DNA from: an uncultured Acidobacteriota bacterium
GTDB taxonomy: Bacteria; Acidobacteriota; Thermoanaerobaculia; Multivoradales; UBA5704
Direction: 5' to 3'
DNA length: 64,000 nt
Assembly (NCBI GenBank): GCA_963700145.1
Contig: OY969474.1
Location: forward strand, 5,024,001 to 5,088,000
Part shown: positions 55,712-64,000 of the stretch, in pieces
Layout of the letters: the number at the start of each line of letters is the position of its first letter
Position numbering within the stretch: position 1 is the first letter of the stretch
Notes under the pieces: model-generated
The model's input: the letters and a program-made list of their open reading frames with translations, nothing else
What the model was told of the DNA's origin: nothing
Databases searched by the model: none
Position numbers and translations under genes: made by a program

Positions 55712-57199
55712 ATGCTCGACCGCCGGGAGTTCCTGAAGGCCGCCGCGCTCGCCGCGCTCGCCCCGGCCGCCTGCCGCCGCGCGCCGGAGGCGGGCGAGAC
55801 CCTGGTCAACGACGTCCACTCGCAGCTCAACCCGACGCGGGTCGCGGAGGTGGTGCCGGTGGGGTCGCTGGCCGACCTGCGCGCCCTGGTACGGCGCGCC
55901 GCCGCCGCCGGGCTGCCCGTCGCGGTCGCCGGCGGCCGCCACGCCATGGGCGGGCAGCAGTTCGCCGGTGGCGCGCTCCTCGCCGACACCCGCGGCATGG
56001 CGCGGGTCCTCGGCTTCGACCGCGAGCGCGGCCTCCTGGAGGTCGAGGCCGGGATCCAGTGGCCGGAGCTGATCGCCGCCTACGAGCGGCTGCAGCGCGG
56101 CGCGCCGCGCCCCTGGGGGATCGCGCAGAAGCAGACCGGCGCCGACAAGATGTCGGTGGGCGGTGCCCTGGCCTCGAACGTCCACGGCCGCGGGCTCACC
56201 TTGAAGCCCTTCGTCGGGGACGTCGAGGCCTTCACGCTGGTGGACGCGGCCGGCGAGGTGCGCCGCTGCAGCCGCACCGAGGAGCCGGAGCTCTTCCGGC
56301 TGGCGGCCGGCGGCTACGGCCTCTTCGGCCTGGTGCACGCGGTGACGCTGCGCCTGGTGCCGCGGCGGAAGCTCGAGCGGGTGGTGGAGGTGATCGACCG
56401 CGACGCCCTGGCCGGCGCCTTCGCGCGGCGGGTCGCCGACGGGTACCTCTACGGCGACTTCCAGTTCGCGGTCGATCCGCGCTCGCCCGACTTCCTCCGC
56501 CGCGGCGTCTTCTCCTGCTACCGCCCGGCGCCGCCGGACGCCCGCGAGCCGAAGCGCCAGCGCCGGCTCTCCAACGCCGCCTGGATCGAGCTGCTGCGCA
56601 TGGTGCACGAGGAGCCGTCGCGCGCCTTCGAGCGCTACGCCGACTACTACCTCTCGACGACCGGCCAGCTCTACTGGTCGGACACGCAGCAGCTCGGCTT
56701 CTACCCCGAGGGCTACCACCGGCGGCTCGACCGGCGCACCGGCGCCGACGTGCCGGCGACCGAGATCATCAGCGAGGTCTACGTGCCGCGCGCCGAGATC
56801 GCGCCCTTCCTCGCCGAGGCGGCCGACGACCTGCGCGCCAGCGGCACGCAGGTCATCTACGGCACGATCCGCCTGATCGAGCGCGACGACGAGACCTTCC
56901 TGCCCTGGGCGAAGCAGCCCTACGCCTGCATCGTCGTCAACTACCACACGCCGCACAACCGCGAGGGGATCGCCGGCGTCGCGGCGTCGTTCCGCCAGCT
57001 CATCGACCGCGCCGCCGCCCGCGGCGGCTCCTACTACCTCACCTACCACCGCTACGCGGCGCGCCGCCAGGTCGAGGCCGCCTACCCCCAGTTCCCCGAC
57101 TTCCTCCGCGCCAAGCTCGCGCACGACCCCGAGGAGCGCTTCCAGAGCGACTGGTACCGGCACTACCGGGCGATGTTCGCGGACGCGGTGCAGGCTTAA
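55712..57199 (+). CDS. FAD-binding oxidoreductase (VAO/ALO/DprE1-like) with Tat-lipoprotein signal
   Basis: DRREFLK...AAC, AGGRHAMGGQ, SVGGALASNVHGRG and GGSYYL. Confidence 0.85.
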   Translation: MLDRREFLKAAALAALAPAACRRAPEAGETLVNDVHSQLNPTRVAEVVPVGSLADLRALVRRAAAAGLPVAVAGGRHAMGGQQFAGGALLADTRGMARVLGFDRERGLLEVEAGIQWPELIAAYERLQRGAPRPWGIAQKQTGADKMSVGGALASNVHGRGLTLKPFVGDVEAFTLVDAAGEVRRCSRTEEPELFRLAAGGYGLFGLVHAVTLRLVPRRKLERVVEVIDRDALAGAFARRVADGYLYGDFQFAVDPRSPDFLRRGVFSCYRPAPPDAREPKRQRRLSNAAWIELLRMVHEEPSRAFERYADYYLSTTGQLYWSDTQQLGFYPEGYHRRLDRRTGADVPATEIISEVYVPRAEIAPFLAEAADDLRASGTQVIYGTIRLIERDDETFLPWAKQPYACIVVNYHTPHNREGIAGVAASFRQLIDRAAARGGSYYLTYHRYAARRQVEAAYPQFPDFLRAKLAHDPEERFQSDWYRHYRAMFADAVQA

Positions 57200-58746
57200 G
57201 ACTTCACGACGACCCGGCGGAAGTTGCCCACCGTCACCTGGCCGGATTGGTTCCCCGCGGCGGGGAAGTAGAAGATGTAGAACCACAGGTCGAAGAAGGG
57301 GACGTTGGTCGCGTCGGCGGCCAGGGTCAGCGAGTAGGTCTTGAACGGGCGCGACTTGCCGTCCAGCACCACGGTCACCTCCTGGATCCGCTCCCCGCCG
57401 TGTTCGGCGGTGATCACCAGATAGTCGCCGTCGGTGGCACCGGCCCAGGCGACGTCGAAGGCCAGGCCGTAGCCGTGGGAGTCCCCGCCGTTGAGGTAGC
57501 CGCCCTTGAACATCGAGTAGGTCTGCGGGCTCTGGGGCGCGCCGAAGACCAGGCCGCTCGCCGGCGTGCCGGAGACGTTGCCCTGGGTCCCCAAGGTGTC
57601 GATGGGGAGAGTGGGCGCCGAGTAGAGGAAGAGGTAGGGGGGCGACCCCGGCTGCAGGGGCCACTGGTTCTCTTGGGACGTGCCGCCCACCCACCCTTGG
57701 AGCAACGCCGGCTGGAAGGTCTTCGGCGGCGGCGGCCAGGCGAAGCCGAGGGGGGGCAGCCCGAAGGCTCGGGCCGCCGCCGCCGCGGCGCCGTACCAGG
57801 CCGCGGCGTAGGTGTGTCGGCCGCCGGGGTCGTTCCAGTCGTAGAGCTTCGAGGGATCGAGCACCGCGTCCACGACGTTCGCGAGCCGCTTCGCGCCGCC
57901 GTAGGCGACGCCGAAGTAGGAGGGGTAGTTGTCGACGAAGGTGCCGGCGGAGCCGGGGTTCGTCGGGTCGGCGATCTTCATCTGCTCGAGGAAGAAGCCC
58001 AGGAAGTTGGCGCCGTTGCCGATCTCCGTGCCCTTGCTCTCCGGCGCGTCGAGGATCGTCAGCTGGGCCACCGGGAGCCCGAGGTTCTGCAGCGTCAGCG
58101 CCGCCACGGTGACCACCTTCGAGCCGTGGCTGTGGCCGATCAGGTGCAGCCGGTTCGCTGGGTTGGTCCAGAACTGCGGCACCAGGAGGCGCAGCAGGGC
58201 GTTGGCCAGACGGATGCCGTTGATCTGCGTGTAGGCCTCGGACTGGTAGACCTCCACCAGGTCGGCGTAGGAGCCGCCGGTGGCCGAATCGTCGATCCAG
58301 GAGTAGGCGAAGACCCAGGACTTGGGATCGAACGCCTTGATCGATTGCAGCAAGCCGGTCGGGTTGACGGGCAGCGCCGGGTCGTAGCCGGAGACCGGGG
58401 TCCAGGCCCAGTCGGAGGTCCAGATGCCGCCGCTGTGGGCGTCGTCGTCCCACCACCTGAGCCGCCCCCCGTGGGCGTCGACGACCGTGCGGTAGCCCGG
58501 CGCCCAACCGTGCGCCAGGACGTAGACGTGAAATGGGCCCTCCGGGTCCGCGCCCAGCTGCCCGTCGGCCATCGCCTGGAAGTAACGGCTCGGCGACTCG
58601 CCGCTCTTGAGCGGCAGGGTGGCGCCGACCCAGAGCCCCAGCCGGGCCAGGTTGTCGAAGCAGTTGGGGTGCACCGCGGCGCCCCAGTCCGTGGAGCCCT
58701 CGCTGGGAACGGGTGGAGGTGGGGTGCAGCCCGGGGCGGCGATCAA
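57196..58746 (-). CDS. alpha/beta-hydrolase (lipase-like), paralog 2
   Basis: VLAHGW, HLIGHSHG and TILDAPE. TTG start overlaps the upstream stop (TTGA). Confidence 0.8.
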   Translation of the reverse strand: MIAAPGCTPPPPVPSEGSTDWGAAVHPNCFDNLARLGLWVGATLPLKSGESPSRYFQAMADGQLGADPEGPFHVYVLAHGWAPGYRTVVDAHGGRLRWWDDDAHSGGIWTSDWAWTPVSGYDPALPVNPTGLLQSIKAFDPKSWVFAYSWIDDSATGGSYADLVEVYQSEAYTQINGIRLANALLRLLVPQFWTNPANRLHLIGHSHGSKVVTVAALTLQNLGLPVAQLTILDAPESKGTEIGNGANFLGFFLEQMKIADPTNPGSAGTFVDNYPSYFGVAYGGAKRLANVVDAVLDPSKLYDWNDPGGRHTYAAAWYGAAAAAARAFGLPPLGFAWPPPPKTFQPALLQGWVGGTSQENQWPLQPGSPPYLFLYSAPTLPIDTLGTQGNVSGTPASGLVFGAPQSPQTYSMFKGGYLNGGDSHGYGLAFDVAWAGATDGDYLVITAEHGGERIQEVTVVLDGKSRPFKTYSLTLAADATNVPFFDLWFYIFYFPAAGNQSGQVTVGNFRRVVVKS

Positions 58747-60287
58747 TACGTCACCACCACCCGGCGGAAGTTGCCCACGGTCACCTTTCCGGTCTGGTTC
58801 CCCGCGGCGGGGAAGTAGAAGATGTAGAACGCGAGGTCGGAGAAGGCGCTGGACACGTTGGCGGCCAGGGTCAGCGTATAGGTCTTGAACGGACCCGACT
58901 TGCCGTCCAGTACCAGGGTCACCTCCTGTCTGCGCTCCACGCCGGACTCGGCGGTGAAGACCAGGTAGTCGCCGTCGGCGGCGCCGGTCCAGGCGACGTC
59001 GAAGGCCAGGCCGTAGCCGTCGGAGAGCACGCTGTTCTTGTAGCCGCCCTTGAACATCGAGTAGGTCTGCGGGCTCGCGGGCGCGCCGAAGACCAGGCCG
59101 CTCGCCGGCGTGCCGGAGACGTTGCCCTGATGCCCCAACGTGTCGATGGGGAGAGTCGGCGCCGAGAAGACGAAGAGGTGGGGGGGCGACCCCGCGTGCA
59201 AGGGCCACTGGTTCCTCTGGGACGTGCCGCCCGCCCACTTCTGGAGCAGCGCCGGCTGGAAGGGCCTCGGCGGCGGCGGCCAGGCGAGGCCGACGGGGGA
59301 GAGCCCGTACTTCCGGGCCTCCGCCGCCGCGGCGCCGTACCAGGCCGCGGCGTAGCTGTGTTGGTCGCCGGGGTCGGTCGGGTTGTAGAGCTTCGAGGGA
59401 TCGAGCACGGCGTTGACGACGTTCGCGAGCCGCGGCGAGCCGTAGGCGACGCCGAAGTAGGAAGGGTAGTTGTCGACGACGGTGCCGGCCGAGGCGGGGT
59501 TCGTCGGGTCGGCGATCTTCATCTGCTCGAGGAAGAAGCCCAGGAAGTTGGCGCCGTTGACGCCCAGGGTGCCCTCGCTCTCCGGCGCGTCGAGGAGCGT
59601 CAGGTGGGCGAGCGGCAGCCCGAGGCTCTGCAGCGCCAGCGCCGCGACGGTGACCACCTTCGAGCCATGGCTGTGGCCGATCAGGTGCAGCCGGTTCGCC
59701 GGGTTGGTCCAGAACTGGGGCACCAGGACGCGCAGCAGGGCATTGACCAGACGGATGCCGTTGATCTGCGTGTAGGCCTCCGACTCGTAGACCTCTTCCA
59801 GCTCGCTGTAGGAGCCGTCGGTGGCCGAGTCGTCGAGCCAGGAGTAGGCGAAGACCCAGGAGGTGGGATCGAACGCCTTGACCGCTTGCAGCAGGCCGGT
59901 CGGGTTGACGGGCAGCGCCGGGTCGTAGCCGGAGACCGGGGTCCATGCCCAGTCGGCGGCCCAGACGCCGCCGGCGTGGGCGGCGTCGTCCCACCAGAGG
60001 AGCTTGCCTCCGTTGGCGTCGACGACCGAACGCCAGCCGGGCGCCCAGCCGTGCGCCACGACGTAGACGTGATACGGGCCGTCCTGCTCCGCGCCCAGCT
60101 CCCCCTCGCCCATCGCTGCGAAGTAACGGCCCGGCGGCTCGCCGCTCGTGAGCGTCTTGGTGCCGCCGACCCAAAGCCCCAGCCGGGCCCGGTTGTCGAA
60201 GCAGTTGGGATGCACTACGTCGGCCCAATCCGTGGAGCCCTCCTTCGGAACGGGTGGAGGAGGGGTACAGCCCGAGGCGGTGGTCAT
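58743..60287 (-). CDS. alpha/beta-hydrolase (lipase-like), paralog 1
   Basis: VVAHGW, HLIGHSHG and TLLDAPE; collinear with paralog 2 over its full length. Confidence 0.82.
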   Translation of the reverse strand: MTTASGCTPPPPVPKEGSTDWADVVHPNCFDNRARLGLWVGGTKTLTSGEPPGRYFAAMGEGELGAEQDGPYHVYVVAHGWAPGWRSVVDANGGKLLWWDDAAHAGGVWAADWAWTPVSGYDPALPVNPTGLLQAVKAFDPTSWVFAYSWLDDSATDGSYSELEEVYESEAYTQINGIRLVNALLRVLVPQFWTNPANRLHLIGHSHGSKVVTVAALALQSLGLPLAHLTLLDAPESEGTLGVNGANFLGFFLEQMKIADPTNPASAGTVVDNYPSYFGVAYGSPRLANVVNAVLDPSKLYNPTDPGDQHSYAAAWYGAAAAEARKYGLSPVGLAWPPPPRPFQPALLQKWAGGTSQRNQWPLHAGSPPHLFVFSAPTLPIDTLGHQGNVSGTPASGLVFGAPASPQTYSMFKGGYKNSVLSDGYGLAFDVAWTGAADGDYLVFTAESGVERRQEVTLVLDGKSGPFKTYTLTLAANVSSAFSDLAFYIFYFPAAGNQTGKVTVGNFRRVVVTY

Positions 60288-60787
60288 GTTTTGGCCCTTT
60301 CGTTTGAATCCTCGAAGGATCCTTCGGTTTCGTACTTCACACCGGCGAAGACGATCCACAGGAAGAGGAAGCAGCCGAGCGCGTAGAGGGTCAGGAAGGC
60401 GCCGTCGATCGACAGCCAGAGCTGCAGCGTCTCCACCTTGGGCTCGTAGTAGAAGCTCGGCGCGATCGAGTCGAGGTAGCGGTAGCCGAAGGTCCCGTTC
60501 ACGAAGACGCCGAGGATCGCGACGATCGACACCCAAAGGTGCGCGGCGGCGAGCTTGACCGCGCGCGGGCTCACCGCGCCCCACTCCGGCAGCGCGCGGT
60601 ACACCAGCCCGAAGAGCGTCAGGCCGACCCAGCCGAGGAGGACGACGTGCCCGTGGACGGGCGCCCACGGGCAGGCCACCTCGACGCCGCCGTGGATGTA
60701 GTGGTGCAGCGGGCCGTAGCCCGTCCAGACTCCGAGGACGAGGAGCCCCGTCCCCCAGCGCACGAAGCGCAGCGAGATCTTTTTCAT
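60284..60787 (-). CDS. 4-TM membrane protein resembling a heme-copper oxidase (cbb3 subunit I) fragment
   Basis: RBS ggagg; VHGHVVLLGWVGLTLFGLVYRALP. Confidence 0.65.
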   Translation of the reverse strand: MKKISLRFVRWGTGLLVLGVWTGYGPLHHYIHGGVEVACPWAPVHGHVVLLGWVGLTLFGLVYRALPEWGAVSPRAVKLAAAHLWVSIVAILGVFVNGTFGYRYLDSIAPSFYYEPKVETLQLWLSIDGAFLTLYALGCFLFLWIVFAGVKYETEGSFEDSNERAKT

Positions 60788-60881
60788 TGGCGCCCCCTCC
60801 TTCCTCCGAGTTTGACCCACCGTGCGCCGCATGGTAAGGTCCGCCGTCCCTTTTTTGGGACGAAACTCCTGGAGCAATCCC

Positions 60882-61226
60882 ATGTTCGCAGTGATCGAGA
60901 CCGGAGGGAAGCAGTACCGGGTCCAGGCCGGGGACGTGATTGAAGTGGAGCGGGTGGCGCGAGAGGAGGGGAAGAGCGTGCGCTTCGAGCGCGTTCTCCT
61001 GGTGACGGGCGACGGCGTCAACGAAGTGGGCAACCCCCTCGTCGCCGGCGCGGTCGTCAGCGCCTCGCCGGTGGCCGAGACCCGCGGTCCCAAGATCCGG
61101 ATCTTCAAGAAGAAGCGCCGCAAGGGCTACCGCCGGACCGCCGGGCACCGGCAGGACCTGCTGCGGCTCAAGATCGACGACATCCAGCTCCCCTCGCAGG
61201 CTCCGAGCCGCGAGGACGAGCGTTAG
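60882..61226 (+). CDS. rplU: 50S ribosomal protein L21
   Basis: [14 protein letters not shown] and [14 protein letters not shown]. Confidence 0.97.
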   Translation: MFAVIETGGKQYRVQAGDVIEVERVAREEGKSVRFERVLLVTGDGVNEVGNPLVAGAVVSASPVAETRGPKIRIFKKKRRKGYRRTAGHRQDLLRLKIDDIQLPSQAPSREDER

Positions 61227-61249
61227 GCGAAAGCAGCAGGAGACCGACC

Positions 61250-61507
61250 ATGGCTCACAAGAAGGGACAGGGCTCCAGCCGCAACGGCCGCGACTCGCAG
61301 CCCCAGAACCTGGGCGTCAAGCGCTTCGGCGGCGAGACGGTCAGCGGCGGCTCCATCCTGGTGCGCCAGCGCGGCACCAAGTTCCTCCCCGGCACCAACG
61401 TCGGCCGCGGCAAGGACGACACCCTCTTCGCCAAGGTGGGCGGCGTGGTGCGGTTCCAGGACAAGGGCCGCCACGGCAAGTTCATCCACGTCGTCCCCGC
61501 CGAGTAG
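61250..61507 (+). CDS. rpmA: 50S ribosomal protein L27
   Basis: [16 protein letters not shown] and ILVRQRGT. Confidence 0.98.
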   Translation: MAHKKGQGSSRNGRDSQPQNLGVKRFGGETVSGGSILVRQRGTKFLPGTNVGRGKDDTLFAKVGGVVRFQDKGRHGKFIHVVPAE

Positions 61508-61519
61508 CCGCCCCCCGCA

Positions 61520-62542
61520 GTGATCTTCCTCGACGAGGCCGTCCTCCACGTCCGCGGCGGACGGGGCGGGAACGGCTGTGTCGCCTTCCGGCGCGAGAAG
61601 TACGTGCCGCGCGGCGGTCCCTCGGGCGGCGACGGCGGCCACGGCGGCGCCGTCTACCTGGCCGGCGAGGCGCCGCGCAACACCCTCTACCACCTACAGT
61701 TCCAGTCCCTCTACGCCGCCGAGCGCGGGCGCCACGGCGAGGGCTCGAACTGCACCGGCCGCTCGGGCGAGGACCTGGTCGTCCCGGTGCCCCTGGGCAC
61801 CCGCGTCCACGACGCGGCGAGCGGCGAGCTCCTGGGCGAGCTGCTGCACGACGGCGAGCGCCTCCTGGTCGCCAAGGGCGGCCGCGGTGGCCGCGGCAAC
61901 GCCCGCTTCGCCACCGCCACCGACCAGGCGCCGCGCCGCCACGAGCCGGGGACGGAGGGGGAGGAGCGGCGGCTGCGGCTCGAGCTCAAGCTCCTGGCCG
62001 ACGTCGGCATCGTGGGGCTGCCGAACGCCGGCAAGTCGACACTCATCAGCGTCATCTCCCAGGCCCGGCCAAAGATCGCCGACTACCCGTTTACGACGCT
62101 CGTGCCGCAGCTCGGCGTCGTCGCCGAGGGACCGCTCGCCGAGCCCTTCGTCGTCGCCGACCTGCCGGGGCTGATCGCCGGCGCGGCGCAGGGAGCGGGG
62201 CTGGGCGTCCAGTTCCTGCGCCACGTCGAGCGCTGCCGCGTCCTGGTGCAGCTCGTCGACCTGTCGCAGCCGGAAGGGAGCGCGCGCGAGGACTTCGAGA
62301 CCGTGGAGCGCGAGCTCGCGGCCTTCAACCCGGAGCTCCTGGAGCGGCCGCGGCTGGTCGTCGGCAGCAAGCTCGATGCGGCGCTCCCCGAGCGGCGCCG
62401 AGAGCTGGCGGCGCTCGCCGCCGAGCACGGCCTGCCGCATCTGGAGCTGAGCGCCGCGACCGGGGAGGGGGTGCCACGCCTGGTTTCCGAGCTGTCGCGG
62501 CGGCTGCAGGCGGCGCGCGGCCTCGCCGGGGTGACGCGATGA
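61520..62542 (+). CDS. obgE: GTPase ObgE/CgtA
   Basis: FRREKYVPRGGPSGGDGG, GLPNAGKST, IADYPFTTL and DLPG. Confidence 0.97.
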   Translation: MIFLDEAVLHVRGGRGGNGCVAFRREKYVPRGGPSGGDGGHGGAVYLAGEAPRNTLYHLQFQSLYAAERGRHGEGSNCTGRSGEDLVVPVPLGTRVHDAASGELLGELLHDGERLLVAKGGRGGRGNARFATATDQAPRRHEPGTEGEERRLRLELKLLADVGIVGLPNAGKSTLISVISQARPKIADYPFTTLVPQLGVVAEGPLAEPFVVADLPGLIAGAAQGAGLGVQFLRHVERCRVLVQLVDLSQPEGSAREDFETVERELAAFNPELLERPRLVVGSKLDAALPERRRELAALAAEHGLPHLELSAATGEGVPRLVSELSRRLQAARGLAGVTR

Positions 62543-63165
62543 AGCTCGGCCTCTTCGGCGGCACCTTCGACCCGATCCACCGCGGCCACGTCGAGCCGGT
62601 GAAGGCGGCGCGCCGGGCGCTGGGGCTCGACCGCGTCGTCTACCTGCCGACCGCCCTGCCGCCGCACAAGCCGAAGGCGGAGCTCGCGCCGGCCTACGCG
62701 CGCTACGCGATGGTCGAGCTGGCGCTGCTCGGCGAGGAGGGGCTCTACGCGGACCCTTACGAGCTGACGCTCGACCGGCCGGCCTACACGGTCGAGACCC
62801 TCGAACGCTTCCGGCGCGAGCAGCCGGACACCGAGCTTTTCCTGCTGCTCGGCGCCGACTCGTACCTGGAGCTGCCGACCTGGAAGCGGTGGGAGGAGAT
62901 CCTGCAGCTGGCGGAGGTCGTCGTCCTGGCGCGGCCGGGCTGGGACGTCGAGGCGGCGCTCGCCGGCGCCGGTATCGAGGACCGCGACCGGCGCGAGCTG
63001 GCGGGCTACCTCGACGAGCGCGCCGCGCTCCTCCTCGCGCAGTCGCCCGTGGACGTCTCGGCGAGCGAGATCCGCGCCCGCCTCGCCGCCGGTGAGGCGC
63101 CGCCGTCCGGGGCGCTCCACCCCCTGGTGTTAGACTACGTCCGCAAGTACAACCTCTATCGATGA
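62539..63165 (+). CDS. nadD: nicotinate-nucleotide adenylyltransferase
   Basis: GGTFDPIHRGH, PPHK, GADS and SASEIR. Confidence 0.96.
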   Translation: MKLGLFGGTFDPIHRGHVEPVKAARRALGLDRVVYLPTALPPHKPKAELAPAYARYAMVELALLGEEGLYADPYELTLDRPAYTVETLERFRREQPDTELFLLLGADSYLELPTWKRWEEILQLAEVVVLARPGWDVEAALAGAGIEDRDRRELAGYLDERAALLLAQSPVDVSASEIRARLAAGEAPPSGALHPLVLDYVRKYNLYR

Positions 63166-63548
63166 CGGCCGGCGCGGAAGCAATCCCAGACACCGACTCC
63201 CGAGCTCGCGACGCCGTCTCCGCGGCCCTCGACCGCAAGGCGCAGGACCTGCGCGTCCTCCACCTCGGGCGCGTCACCGACTTCACCGACTACTTCCTGA
63301 TCTGCAGCGGCACCAGCGACCGCCAGGTGCAGGCGATCGCCGACGCCATCCAGGAGCGGCTGCGCGCCGAGAAGGTCCGGCCGCTGCACGTCGAGGGCTA
63401 CAACCGCGCCCAGTGGGTGCTGCTCGACTACGGCGACCTGGTCGTGCACGTCTTCCAGGAGGAGCCGCGCCGCTTCTACGCCCTCGAGCGCCTCTGGGGA
63501 GACGCCCCCGACGTGACCGACACCTTCCGCCCCGCCGCGACCGCCTGA
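63162..63548 (+). CDS. rsfS: ribosome silencing factor
   Basis: DYFLICSG, WVLLDYGDLVVHVF and FYALERLW. Confidence 0.96.
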   Translation: MTAGAEAIPDTDSRARDAVSAALDRKAQDLRVLHLGRVTDFTDYFLICSGTSDRQVQAIADAIQERLRAEKVRPLHVEGYNRAQWVLLDYGDLVVHVFQEEPRRFYALERLWGDAPDVTDTFRPAATA

Positions 63549-63574
63549 GGGCGGGCGCCGCCGCCGGACCTCCG

Positions 63575-64000
63575 ATGCCCCCGGCCGCCCCCGGCCTCGC
63601 GCTGCCCGAGCTCCTCGCCGGCGCTCCGGCGCTCGCCGCCGCGCTCCCCGGCGTCGAGCGCGCCGCTGCGACCGACCTGCCCGTGCTCCTCCTGGGCGAG
63701 CCGGGGAGCGGCCGCTCGACCCTGGCCCGCGCCCTCCACGCCGCCGGCCCGCGCGCCGCGGGGCCGCTCGTCGAGGTCGACCCCGGCGCCTTTCCGAGCG
63801 CGCTCTTCGAGAGCGAGCTCTTCGGCTACCGCCCCGGCGCCTTCACCGGCGCCGAGCGCGAGAGCGAGGGGCGCGTGGCGCGCGCCGCGGGCGGGACGCT
63901 GGTGCTCGACCACGTCGAGGAGCTGCCGCTGGCCGCCCAGCCGAAGCTCCTCCGCCTCCTCGCCGAGCGCCGCTACGCCCCGCTCGGCGGCCGCGAAGAG
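63575..64000 (+). CDS. sigma54-interaction AAA+ domain protein, 3'-truncated by the window edge (absent from the ORF track)
   Basis: Manual translation gives DLPVLLLGEPGSGRS, ESELFGYRPGAFTGA, GGTLVLDHV and QPKLLR. Confidence 0.88.
   Translation, partial: MPPAAPGLALPELLAGAPALAAALPGVERAAATDLPVLLLGEPGSGRSTLARALHAAGPRAAGPLVEVDPGAFPSALFESELFGYRPGAFTGAERESEGRVARAAGGTLVLDHVEELPLAAQPKLLRLLAERRYAPLGGREE

Noticed and set aside
57196-60287. Diversity-generating retroelement template/variable repeat pair
   Set aside because: The similarity spans two whole intact genes, the differences are not adenine-restricted, and no reverse transcriptase is present.
1-64000. tRNA, rRNA, prophage or integrase genes
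   Set aside because: None recognised by eye; tRNAscan-SE and Infernal would be needed to exclude them formally.

Overview
High-GC bacterial chromosome window. Gene content and the GTCATCCTGAGCG-type palindromic repeats suggest Acidobacteriota or a similar lineage (inference only). The first ~13.5 kb is an accessory hotspot: the 3' part of a PhoH-family gene, two almost identical 1325-bp IS3-family elements, an IS256-family element whose transposase carries one in-frame amber stop, an Omp85 protein, aroC, an RNB ribonuclease, two divergent type II toxin-antitoxin operons (AbrB/Doc and VapBC), and a lower-GC islet with a lone GT4 glycosyltransferase and a convergent ~72-nt small-RNA candidate. 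The rest is mostly core or semi-core: RND pump, hisS-aspS, glpD, typA, imuA-imuB, pdxH, amidase-nfo, pepF, signalling proteins, a secreted metalloprotease/di-heme/BNR cluster, two tandem lipase-like paralogs, and rplU-rpmA-obgE-nadD-rsfS. The main unexplained structure is three intergenic arrays of short palindromes with a strict 20-21 bp period and variable linkers (1087-2574, 9286-10896, 31380-31591). All three IS elements in the window sit inside or at the edge of two of these arrays. A separate REP-like element has entered the 3' ends of four protein-coding genes. Protein calls come from motif recognition by eye; no database searches were run.
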